The translations under genes and the position numbers were made by a program. Positions 21,059 through 27,619 of a stretch of 32,000 nucleotides of DNA are shown here, piece after piece; position 1 is the stretch's first letter, and the number at the start of each line of letters is the position of its first letter. This stretch comes from Mycoplasma mobile 163K (lineage in GTDB: Bacteria > Bacillota_I > Bacilli_A > Mycoplasmatales > Metamycoplasmataceae). The stretch spans positions 450,001 through 482,000 of the forward strand of contig NC_006908.1 in assembly GCF_000008365.1 (NCBI RefSeq), given 5' to 3'. Under the pieces are notes generated by a model. That model saw only the letters and a program-made list of their open reading frames with translations. It was not told the DNA's origin and searched no databases.

Positions 21059-21349
21059 TTATTTGACCACTTTTGAAACAACGACATAGTCTTGATAAAA
21101 ATCTTTTGCATTTTCAAAAATTTGATCTTGAGTTAACAATTCGCTTGTATCAGAATCATCTTCTCTTAAATAAAAAGTTTCATTTTCATTTATATGTGAC
21201 AAAGCCTTGATATTTTTTATATCAACTTTTTTTAGTAAGACTAAAGTCTTTTCAATTGCATTAAATTCTCTTTCTAATGAATTTAGTACTTTTTCTGAAG
21301 GTATAAGTTTAATAGAAATCGCAATTTCTTTAAATTGATGTTTGTTCAA
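21059..21349 (-). CDS. gatC: Asp/Glu-tRNA amidotransferase subunit C, ~96 aa
   Basis: It is the first gene of the gatCAB order. The track start (TTG at 21367) would place a GAGGAG Shine-Dalgarno sequence inside the ORF. A TTG at 21349 lies 5 nt after that GAGGAG and gives a typical GatC length. The start remains ambiguous (21349 or 21367). Confidence 0.8.
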   Translation of the reverse strand: MNKHQFKEIAISIKLIPSEKVLNSLEREFNAIEKTLVLLKKVDIKNIKALSHINENETFYLREDDSDTSELLTQDQIFENAKDFYQDYVVVSKVVK

Positions 21350-21493
21350 AGTAACTCCTCTCGACAAAATGTATTTTCTTTAGTTTCATTATATATAAAA
21401 AACAGCATTTTAATTCCAAAACCTAAAGTCTTTATGTTGAAAAAAATTCTCAAATAAAATTTAATAAAAAAGTGAAAAAAATTGTATTTACAG

Positions 21494-21499
21494 TATAAT
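21494..21499 (+). promoter_or_regulatory. Candidate -10 box (TATAAT) of the mraZ/dcw promoter
   Basis: A perfect TATAAT lies 37 nt upstream of the mraZ ATG. No good -35 element is present, which is usual for Mollicutes. Confidence 0.5.
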
Positions 21500-21507
21500 A
21501 AAGGTAG

Positions 21508-21534
21508 ATAGTGGCAAAAAGTGGGAGAAAGTGG
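21508..21534 (+). promoter_or_regulatory. MraZ operator: three direct heptamer repeats with 10-bp phasing
   Basis: The repeats are ATAGTGG (21508..21514), caa, AAAGTGG (21518..21524), gag, AAAGTGG (21528..21534), then a-ATG of mraZ. A more distant AAAGTGA lies at about 21469..21475. Confidence 0.7.
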
Positions 21535-21535
21535 A

Positions 21536-21976
21536 ATGTTTGGATCATATGAAAAAACTTTAGATTCTAAAAATAGATTAGTTATTCCATCTAAATTCAG
21601 AGATGAACTTGGTGAAACATTTTACATTACACTTGGTTTTGAAAAATCACTTGAATTTAGGAGTAAAAAATCTTTTGAAGAATTTAGTAATAAAATCAGT
21701 TCAAACAATTTACTTGATTCAAAAATGAGAGAATTAAGTCGTTATATTTTTGCAAACACTATTGAAGTCAGTTCAGATAAATTAGGTAGAGTTATTATTT
21801 TGGATAACTTATTAAAAAAAGCTGAAATTGAAAAGGATGCTGTTATTGTCGGTGTTGGTAATAAGGCTGAATTATGATCAAAAGAAAAATTTGAAAAAAT
21901 TACAAATATATACGAAAATGAAGAGAACATTAAAAAATTAACACAAGAATTATTTGAAAAAGGTGCAGTTTTATAA
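21536..21976 (+). CDS. mraZ: Transcriptional regulator MraZ, 146 aa
   Basis: 'MFGSYEKTLDSKNRLVIPSKFRDEL' and a second half with 'DKLGRVIILDNLLKKA' form the duplicated SpoVT/AbrB-like MraZ repeats. Read-through of TGA at 21875 leads to TAA at 21974..21976, overlapping the rsmH ATG (TAATG). The track's GTG start at 21521 lies inside the operator repeats. Confidence 0.93.
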
Positions 21977-22884
21977 TGGAATCAAATGTTCATATTCCTA
22001 TACTGTTAAATGAAGTTTTGAGTGCTTTTAATTTGAAAGAAACAGATGTTGTTATTGATCTTACTTTAGGAAGAGCTGGCCATTCTCAAGAAATGCTAAA
22101 AAAAATTCCAAAAGGTTTATTAATTGGAATTGATAAAGATAAAAGTGCAATCACATTTTCAAAAGAAAAATTAGAACAAATTGGAAGTAATTTCAAATTG
22201 TTTCATAGTGATTTTAGTAAAATTTCTGACTTATTAAAAGAATTGAAAATTTCAAAAGTAAATGCAATTTTAATTGATTTAGGAATATCATCACCTCAAA
22301 TTGACAATGCTAATAGGGGATTTAGTTATAACAAAGAATCAAGACTAGACATGAGAATGAATTTAGACCAAAAATTAGATGCACATTTTATTGTAAATAG
22401 TTATTCAGAAGAGCAATTAAAAAATCTTTTATATAGGAATGCAGAAATAAAAAATTCAAGACAAATAGCAAAAATTATTACTTCTAATAGGCCAATTGAA
22501 ACGACTTTACAACTGAGTGTAATTCTAAAAAAATACTTGCCTGCTTTTATTGTTAGAAAAAAAGACCCAAGTAAAGCAGTATTTCAAGCATTGAGAGTTG
22601 AAGTTAATGATGAGATAAATTCTTTAAATTTTCTTTTAAAAAATCTAGTTTCAATACTTGAAGAAAATGGAAAAGTTGCAATCATCACCTTTAACTCAAT
22701 TGAAGATCGAATTGTTAAAAAATATTTTGGAAGTTTTATAAAAGATGATGTTCTAGCATTTTTACCAACTAAAAAAGAAAAAGAATTTGAAGTAAAAACT
22801 TACTTGCCTTCAAAAAAAGAATTAGAAGAAAATCCAAGATCAAAAAGCGCAAAAATGCGAGTATTAAAAAAGATAGAAAGGTAA
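21976..22884 (+). CDS. rsmH: 16S rRNA (cytosine1402-N4)-methyltransferase RsmH/MraW, 302 aa
   Basis: The ORF is intact. Motifs are 'HIPILLNEVL', 'DLTLGRAGHS', 'LIDLGISSPQID...RGFSY', 'FNSIEDRIVK' and 'NPRSKSAKMRVLKK'. Confidence 0.95.
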   Translation: MESNVHIPILLNEVLSAFNLKETDVVIDLTLGRAGHSQEMLKKIPKGLLIGIDKDKSAITFSKEKLEQIGSNFKLFHSDFSKISDLLKELKISKVNAILIDLGISSPQIDNANRGFSYNKESRLDMRMNLDQKLDAHFIVNSYSEEQLKNLLYRNAEIKNSRQIAKIITSNRPIETTLQLSVILKKYLPAFIVRKKDPSKAVFQALRVEVNDEINSLNFLLKNLVSILEENGKVAIITFNSIEDRIVKKYFGSFIKDDVLAFLPTKKEKEFEVKTYLPSKKELEENPRSKSAKMRVLKKIER

Positions 22885-22888
22885 AAAA

Positions 22889-24079
22889 ATGACAAAAAAA
22901 ATAAATGCAATAGTAATTCTTCAAGCAAACAAAATTGAACTAAGAATTATGGAGACATTTGAAAAAAGAATTTTTCAAATATATTCATCTAGCTGTGATG
23001 AAGATTCAAAATATTCAAAATTTATCTCTGAATCTATTATGCAAGTTAATAAAAAGTTTTCTTTGAATATTAAAGAAATTGTTTTTGTCATTTTAATTGC
23101 CAAAGGAATTAAATTAAACTTGGAAAAAAGATTTTCAACAATTGAAGTGAATGGAAAAATCTCACTTGAACACATTGAAAAATCAATTAAAATTGAAAAA
23201 GATTCTTTAAAGCAAAATGACCAAGTAGCTATTCTATCAAGACCTTATAAATATGAAGTTCTTTCTAAAAATGATCAAATCGCAACTTTCAATGAAGTAC
23301 CTTTAGATATAGAGGCAAAAGAATTAAAAACCTATAGTGTTGTATCACATATTAGTTCAAGTATTTATAATTATATTATTAACCTTTGTGAAAATGCAAA
23401 CATTACTTTAAAAACTATCGTTACAGATTCTCATTTAAACCAATATTTATTAGACAACAATAGTTTTTTAATTGAAAATAAAGAAAAATCTCTTATAAAC
23501 ATTAATGAAGAAAGTGTAACAATCAACATTTATAATAACAATGTTTTAATAGATTATCACATTTTATCTTTTGGGACAAAATATATTTATGAGAAAATTT
23601 TCAAAAATCATGATTCAATAACTTCTGAAGAGGCTAAGAAAATTTTTAGTATTTACACTGATTTTAATAAGTTCAATAGTGAAAAGCAAGTTGCATTGAA
23701 TTCTAATTTAACTTTAAAAAAATTGAATCAATATACGCTACTTTTTTTTGAAAAGATTTTTGAAGAATTTAATAAAAAATTTTCGCTTGTTTCAAGAGAT
23801 ACAATTTATTTAACAGGTGAAGGTTCTTCAATTTTAGATCTTGAAAAAATTATTAATTCTAATTTTGAAAAAAATGGAATTGATACAAAATGCCATGTTA
23901 ATAGTTTTATTACATACCAACTTCTAAATGAAGAAAAAAATTCCTACATGGCTACAAAATATATAAATAGTATGATAGATACTAAAATGGAAAATAATTT
24001 TCTAATTACAAAACCATTAAAAATATTGCAAACATATGAGTTTATTTCAAATACTTCTGAAAATTACTTAATTTCTTAA
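22889..24079 (+). CDS. Divergent FtsA-like (actin/HSP70-fold) cell-division protein, 396 aa
   Basis: It occupies the position after mraZ-rsmH. 'IYLTGEGSSILDLEKII' parallels the FtsA 'vvLTGGGa.l.Gl.el' block, and 'LININEESVTINIYNN...LSFGTKYIYEKI' parallels 'vvDIGGGTTdiavf...ipiGG..iT.DI'. The nucleotide-binding glycines and aspartates are largely lost. Confidence 0.6.
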   Translation: MTKKINAIVILQANKIELRIMETFEKRIFQIYSSSCDEDSKYSKFISESIMQVNKKFSLNIKEIVFVILIAKGIKLNLEKRFSTIEVNGKISLEHIEKSIKIEKDSLKQNDQVAILSRPYKYEVLSKNDQIATFNEVPLDIEAKELKTYSVVSHISSSIYNYIINLCENANITLKTIVTDSHLNQYLLDNNSFLIENKEKSLININEESVTINIYNNNVLIDYHILSFGTKYIYEKIFKNHDSITSEEAKKIFSIYTDFNKFNSEKQVALNSNLTLKKLNQYTLLFFEKIFEEFNKKFSLVSRDTIYLTGEGSSILDLEKIINSNFEKNGIDTKCHVNSFITYQLLNEEKNSYMATKYINSMIDTKMENNFLITKPLKILQTYEFISNTSENYLIS

Positions 24080-24085
24080 AAAAAT

Positions 24086-24115
24086 AAAAAATGCAAGATT
24101 CATCTTGCTTTTTTT
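24086..24115. terminator. Bidirectional terminator between the dcw genes (+) and the tRNA array (-)
   Basis: Stem GCAAGA (24093..24098) and TCTTGC (24103..24108) flank a TTCA loop. An A-run lies upstream and a T7 run downstream. The hairpin sits 7 nt after the ftsA-like stop and 15 nt from the tRNA-Phe 3' end. Confidence 0.7.
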
Positions 24116-24129
24116 GACCTTTATAGATA

Positions 24130-24205
24130 TGGTGGCTCCGGCAGGAATTGAACCAGCGACACACGGAGCTTCAATCCGTTGCTCTACCGACTGAGCTACA
24201 GAGCC
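24130..24205 (-). tRNA. tRNA-Phe (anticodon GAA), CCA encoded
   Basis: The reverse complement is GGCTCTGTAGCTCAGTCGGTAGAGCAACGGATTGAAGCTCCGTGTGTCGCTGGTTCAATTCCTGCCGGAGCCACCA. The anticodon stem ACGGA/TCCGT leaves loop TTGAAGC. Confidence 0.93.
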
Positions 24206-24208
24206 AAA

Positions 24209-24285
24209 TGGCGGTCCAGACGGGGTTCGAACCCGCGATCTCCTCCGTGACAGGGAGGCGTATTAAACCACTTTACCACTGAACC
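24209..24285 (-). tRNA. tRNA-Asp (anticodon GTC), CCA encoded
   Basis: The reverse complement is GGTTCAGTGGTAAAGTGGTTTAATACGCCTCCCTGTCACGGAGGAGATCGCGGGTTCGAACCCCGTCTGGACCGCCA. The anticodon stem CCTCC/GGAGG leaves loop CTGTCAC. Confidence 0.93.
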
Positions 24286-24287
24286 AT

Positions 24288-24362
<75 letters not shown>

Positions 24363-24385
24363 ATATTATTTTTTTGTGTAAATTC

Positions 24386-24414
24386 ATTATAGCAAAAATA
24401 AAAATATTTGTAAA
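24386..24414 (-). promoter_or_regulatory. Near-consensus internal promoter driving tRNA-fMet/Asp/Phe
   Basis: On the minus strand there is TTTACA (24414..24409), a 17-nt spacer, then TGC-TATAAT (extended -10; TATAAT at 24391..24386). It lies about 24 nt upstream of the tRNA-fMet 5' end. Confidence 0.7.
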
Positions 24415-24436
24415 TTTTTTTGAAATTTATTTAAAT

Positions 24437-24465
24437 AAAAAAATTCAACAAATATTGAATTTTTT
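24437..24465. terminator. AT-rich hairpin (weak terminator) after tRNA-Ser
   Basis: AATTCAA (24442..24448) and TTGAATT (24455..24461) flank a 6-nt loop, with an A6 run on one side and a T run on the other. The stem is short and contains only A/T plus one G-C pair, so function is uncertain. Confidence 0.45.
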
Positions 24466-24481
24466 ATGGTGATATAACAAA

Positions 24482-24572
24482 TGGCGGGCAATGAGGGATT
24501 CGAACCCCCGCGAGTTTTACCTCCTGACGGTTTTCAAGACCGTTCCCTTCAGCCAGACTTGGGTAATTGCCC
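24482..24572 (-). tRNA. tRNA-Ser (anticodon TGA), long variable arm, CCA encoded
   Basis: The reverse complement is GGGCAATTACCCAAGTCTGGCTGAAGGGAACGGTCTTGAAAACCGTCAGGAGGTAAAACTCGCGGGGGTTCGAATCCCTCATTGCCCGCCA. The anticodon stem ACGGT/ACCGT leaves loop CTTGAAA. Confidence 0.92.
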
Positions 24573-24576
24573 TTTT

Positions 24577-24653
24577 TGGTAGTCCTAGCTGGGATTGAAC
24601 CAGCGACCTCACGATTATAAGTCGTGTGCTCTAACCGACTGAGCTATAGGACC
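24577..24653 (-). tRNA. tRNA-Ile with anticodon TAT (UAU), CCA encoded
   Basis: The reverse complement is GGTCCTATAGCTCAGTCGGTTAGAGCACACGACTTATAATCGTGAGGTCGCTGGTTCAATCCCAGCTAGGACTACCA. The anticodon stem CACGA/TCGTG leaves loop C-T-TAT-A-A. The body is Ile-like (GGxCCTxTAGCTCAGxxGGTTAGAGC). Confidence 0.88.
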
Positions 24654-24676
24654 ACAAAGACGGTGCCTTTAGTATA

Positions 24677-24753
24677 TGGTAGCTCCGAAGAGAGTCGAAC
24701 TCTTGACCTTTCGGGTATGAACCGAATGCTCTAACCAGCTGAGCTACAGAGCC
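24677..24753 (-). tRNA. Elongator tRNA-Met (anticodon CAT), CCA encoded
   Basis: The reverse complement is GGCTCTGTAGCTCAGCTGGTTAGAGCATTCGGTTCATACCCGAAAGGTCAAGAGTTCGACTCTCTTCGGAGCTACCA. The loop TTCATAC and the GGTTCATACCC context are typical of elongator Met rather than Ile2. Confidence 0.85.
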
Positions 24754-24758
24754 ATATA

Positions 24759-24835
24759 TGGTGGAGAGGAAGGGATTCGAACCCTCTACCTCCTGCGTGC
24801 AAGGCAGGCGCTCTAGCCAAGTGAGCTACCCCCCC
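24759..24835 (-). tRNA. tRNA-Ala (anticodon TGC), CCA encoded
   Basis: The reverse complement is GGGGGGGTAGCTCACTTGGCTAGAGCGCCTGCCTTGCACGCAGGAGGTAGAGGGTTCGAATCCCTTCCTCTCCACCA. The G3:U70 identity pair is present and the loop is CTTGCAC. Confidence 0.93.
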
Positions 24836-24836
24836 A

Positions 24837-24913
24837 TGGTGAAGAAGACAGGATTCGAACCTGCGACCACTTGGTCCCAAACCAAGTGCTCTACCAAGCT
24901 GAGCTACTTCTCC
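24837..24913 (-). tRNA. tRNA-Pro (anticodon TGG), CCA encoded
   Basis: The reverse complement is GGAGAAGTAGCTCAGCTTGGTAGAGCACTTGGTTTGGGACCAAGTGGTCGCAGGTTCGAATCCTGTCTTCTTCACCA. The anticodon stem CTTGG/CCAAG leaves loop TTTGGGA. Confidence 0.92.
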
Positions 24914-24942
24914 AAAAATGGTATATATTTTTTATGGTATCT

Positions 24943-24964
24943 ATTATACATTGAAATTATAAAC
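24943..24964 (-). promoter_or_regulatory. Candidate -10 elements for the upstream tRNA transcription unit (Pro-Ala-Met-Ile-Ser)
   Basis: Two minus-strand TATAAT hexamers (24948..24943 and 24964..24959) lie 30-50 nt upstream of the tRNA-Pro 5' end. No convincing -35 element was found. Confidence 0.35.
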
Positions 24965-25020
24965 AAAATATTTAAATTAATTTGAAAAAATTCAAAAAAT
25001 AATTACTATATAATTTTTAT

Positions 25021-25365
25021 ATGAACAAGAGCTCTTTAAAAAAAACTTTTTTAATAATGTTTACCATTTTTTTTGGTTTTTTAGGATTTGATAAGTGATA
25101 TTTAGGTTTTAAAAAAATGGCTTTAATAAAAGGATTGTTTTTGAGTGTTTTTGGAGTTTTTGGAATTTTCTTTTTGATTATATTTTCCTCAGTAAATTTT
25201 GGTGCTATAAACATTAACCTTTTATCTTTCCCTATAGGTTTGACTATTTTAGGTAGTATAATTATTGCAATTTACTTTTTAACCATTATGTGATATCTAT
25301 ATGACATATTAAGAGCTTTTTTAGGAAAAACTAAAGATAAAAATAAATTGAATGTTAGCAATTAA
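25021..25365 (+). CDS. TM2-domain small membrane protein, 114 aa
   Basis: The product starts 'MNKSSLKKTFLIMFTIFFGFLGFDKWYLGFKKMALIKGLFL...', which is the TM2 motif (G.lG.hrFYlG....G). It has three hydrophobic helices and two in-frame TGA codons. The track shows only a spurious antisense ORF here. Confidence 0.7.
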
Positions 25366-26090
25366 ATAATTTTTGTTCCTTTTCCTAAAATATTTTCAAA
25401 ATAAGAAGAATTTATTTTCTTTTTTAATTTATGTAGTATTTGATCTACAACTCTTGAATTATCTGTATCATTTTCTATATCTCAAACATATCGAAAAATT
25501 CTATTTTTGTCAATTGAATCTGAATCACGATTATGAAGTAAAAAAGACAAAACTAGAAATTCTTTTTTTGTTAATTCTAAAATTTTATTGTTGTAAAAAA
25601 ATTTATTTGAGACAAAATCTAAAAAAAGTGATCTATGTGAGATGAAATTACCTGATTCAAACCCTTTGAAATAGTTTTTCAAATATGATAAATTAGAGAT
25701 TTTAAAAATTTCGTAATTTTCATTATAGTACAAAATATCATTATTGATATTTCTTAAAAAAAATGTGCTATTCTCATTATATTTGTTTAATAATCAAAAA
25801 ATCTTACTATTAGGAAATAAAGTATTAATTAATTGATATTTATCTTCAGTTAAAATTTGCTCCTTATGAAAATTTTCCACAATTACAAAATTGTAATTTT
25901 GCAATGTTGCTGTAGTTAAATTGTCTAAAAAACAATAATAAACATCTACAAAAAAGTACCTTTCTAGATCTCTAAAGAAGATATTTAAATTTTCGTTATT
26001 ATTATCATTTTTGAGTACAAGTAATTTAAGATTGGGATTGCTTTTCATAAAATTATTATATAGCAAATCAATAAAATGTAAAATATTCAT
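25362..26090 (-). CDS. OmpR/PhoB-family winged-helix transcriptional regulator with a degenerate receiver-like N-terminal domain, up to 242 aa
   Basis: Track ORFs 25482..25733 and 25794..26090 are in one frame and joined through TGA codons, and the frame continues through TGA at 25482 to TAA at 25362..25364. The C-terminal sequence 'LTKKEFLVLSFLLHNRDSDSIDKNRIFRYVWDIENDTDNSRVVDQILHKLKKKI' matches Trans_reg_C (LTxxEfxLLxxLxxNxGxvxsRexLxxxvWgxxxxxxxRtvDvhIxrLRkKi). A likely alternative start is Met15 (ATG at 26048). Confidence 0.75.
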
Positions 26091-26756
26091 ATGTCTCTAA
26101 AAAATATTGAATCAATTATAATAAAAAGTGAAAATTTCCAAGAATTTGATGTAATTTTGAGTGTTATGGATTTTAATAAAATTTATCCAATAATTGCACT
26201 TGGAGTTAGAAAAATTAAAAGCAAAAATCGCAATGGAGTTTTACTAGGATCATATAGCGAATTAGAATTTTTTGAAGCTAGATTAAATAACAAAACTTCA
26301 AAACTTAAAAAAGCACATTTAATTAAAAATTTTGACTTACTAAATTCAGAAAACTTACTTATTGTTCAAGAATTGTTTAAATATATTAATAAAGTAAATG
26401 TTAATACTCAAGCAGTTTTCAATTCTTATTTAGAATGTTTGGATGAATTTGGAAAAGGAAATAATTTTTTTATAAAAACTTACATTGTCAATAAAACTTT
26501 ATTTTCACTAGGGTTAAATGTTAATTATTCTTTTTGTTATAAATGTGGGACAAATCAAAAATTAGCCAACTTTTCTTTTTTTGAAGGAGGTTTTTCTTGT
26601 TTTAAGCATTCGAAAAATAAATTGAATGCAAAAATTCTTCAAAGTATTTATAATTTAAATATAAGTTTTAAAAAATATGTTGAAACAACTTCGGCAGAAA
26701 CAAATATTTTTATATTTAATATATTAAAAAATTACATTGATGAAAATACTTTTTAA
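26091..26756 (+). CDS. recO: DNA repair protein RecO, 221 aa
   Basis: The ORF is intact. An N-terminal OB-like region 'IESIIIKSENFQEFDVILSVM' is followed by the zinc-finger region 'CYKCGTNQKLANFSFFEGGFSCFKH'. Confidence 0.8.
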   Translation: MSLKNIESIIIKSENFQEFDVILSVMDFNKIYPIIALGVRKIKSKNRNGVLLGSYSELEFFEARLNNKTSKLKKAHLIKNFDLLNSENLLIVQELFKYINKVNVNTQAVFNSYLECLDEFGKGNNFFIKTYIVNKTLFSLGLNVNYSFCYKCGTNQKLANFSFFEGGFSCFKHSKNKLNAKILQSIYNLNISFKKYVETTSAETNIFIFNILKNYIDENTF

Positions 26757-26760
26757 AAAT

Positions 26761-27588
26761 TTAATTGGGATTAAGTACCTCATTGATTTTATCAAAAATA
26801 ATATTTGAAGTTCCTTCTAGCAATAAAACATGTTTTGAATTTTCAATTTTTATAGTGTGAAAATTTTCATTAAAAAATTTAATTTTAGTTAATTTATTTT
26901 CTATTTTGTTTTGTTTTATTAAAATATCATCGCTTCCATAGAAAAAATATATAGGAGAATTTGATTTAGCTCTTTTTGCTATTTTTCAAAATGTTCTAAT
27001 TGCATTTCATGATGCAATAATATTTCTTGTTTGAGATATTTGAGTATTTACATCTAATTTTGTTAGCCTTTGCAACACTTTATTGTTACTAATTTTATGA
27101 AAATCTATTCTTGCTTGAAATTTGTAATTTATATTAAAAAAATAAGTAGCAATCGTTCTAAAATTAATTACAAATTTTTTCTTTTTAGAATCAAGAAAAA
27201 TATTAGTTAATTTATCTGGTATAGAGCAAGCAAAAACTGCTTCAACAGCATCTTTAAAATAATAACTAATCAAAGAACTAAAAGCAGCTCCCATACTTTC
27301 ACCTAATAAAAATATTTTTTTAGACATTTTTTTATAATACAAAATAACATCAAAAATATCTTTTAAATATTCTTTGAAATATCTAGAAGCTTTTAAATTT
27401 ATGTTGTTTTCATGCCCTCTTTGTTTAACAACAATTGTAGTGTAATCTTTGATATGTTCAAAAATGAATTTGCTATCTTTTGCTGTTCCACCTAAACCAT
27501 GAAAATAAATTAAAACTTTTTCAGTATCAATTTCATTTTTAATAATAGGAATTGTTTTTGAATTGGTATTAATTATAGTCTCAATCAT
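26761..27588 (-). CDS. Alpha/beta-fold hydrolase (lysophospholipase/monoacylglycerol-lipase-like), 275 aa
   Basis: Track ORF 27007..27588 continues through two TGA codons to TAA at 26761..26763. The oxyanion motif 'YFHGLGG', the nucleophile elbow 'LLGESMGAA', a late 'GSDD' and a 'SKH' near the C-terminus together fit a Ser-Asp-His triad. Confidence 0.8.
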
Positions 27589-27619
27589 ATTGTATTTATT
27601 ATATACACTAAATCAAAAT

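Noticed and set aside
21521-21535. The GTG start for mraZ given by the ORF track ('MGESGMFGSY').
   Set aside because: The GTG is part of the phased AAAGTGG operator repeats. The ATG at 21536 gives the canonical MraZ N-terminus 'MFGSYEKTLD'.
25425-25445. A possible frameshift truncating the regulator's winged helix after 'VVDQ'.
   Set aside because: It was an artefact of my first mis-transcription of the line break at 25440/25441. Re-reading shows GAT CAA ATA CTA CAT AAA..., so 'VVDQILHKLKKKI' is in frame and the gene is intact.
25017-25645. Track ORFs 25017..25214 (minus) and 25373..25645 (plus).
   Set aside because: They are antisense to better-supported genes, the TM2-domain protein (25021..25365, plus) and the OmpR-type regulator (25362..26090, minus), both of which have recognisable domain motifs.
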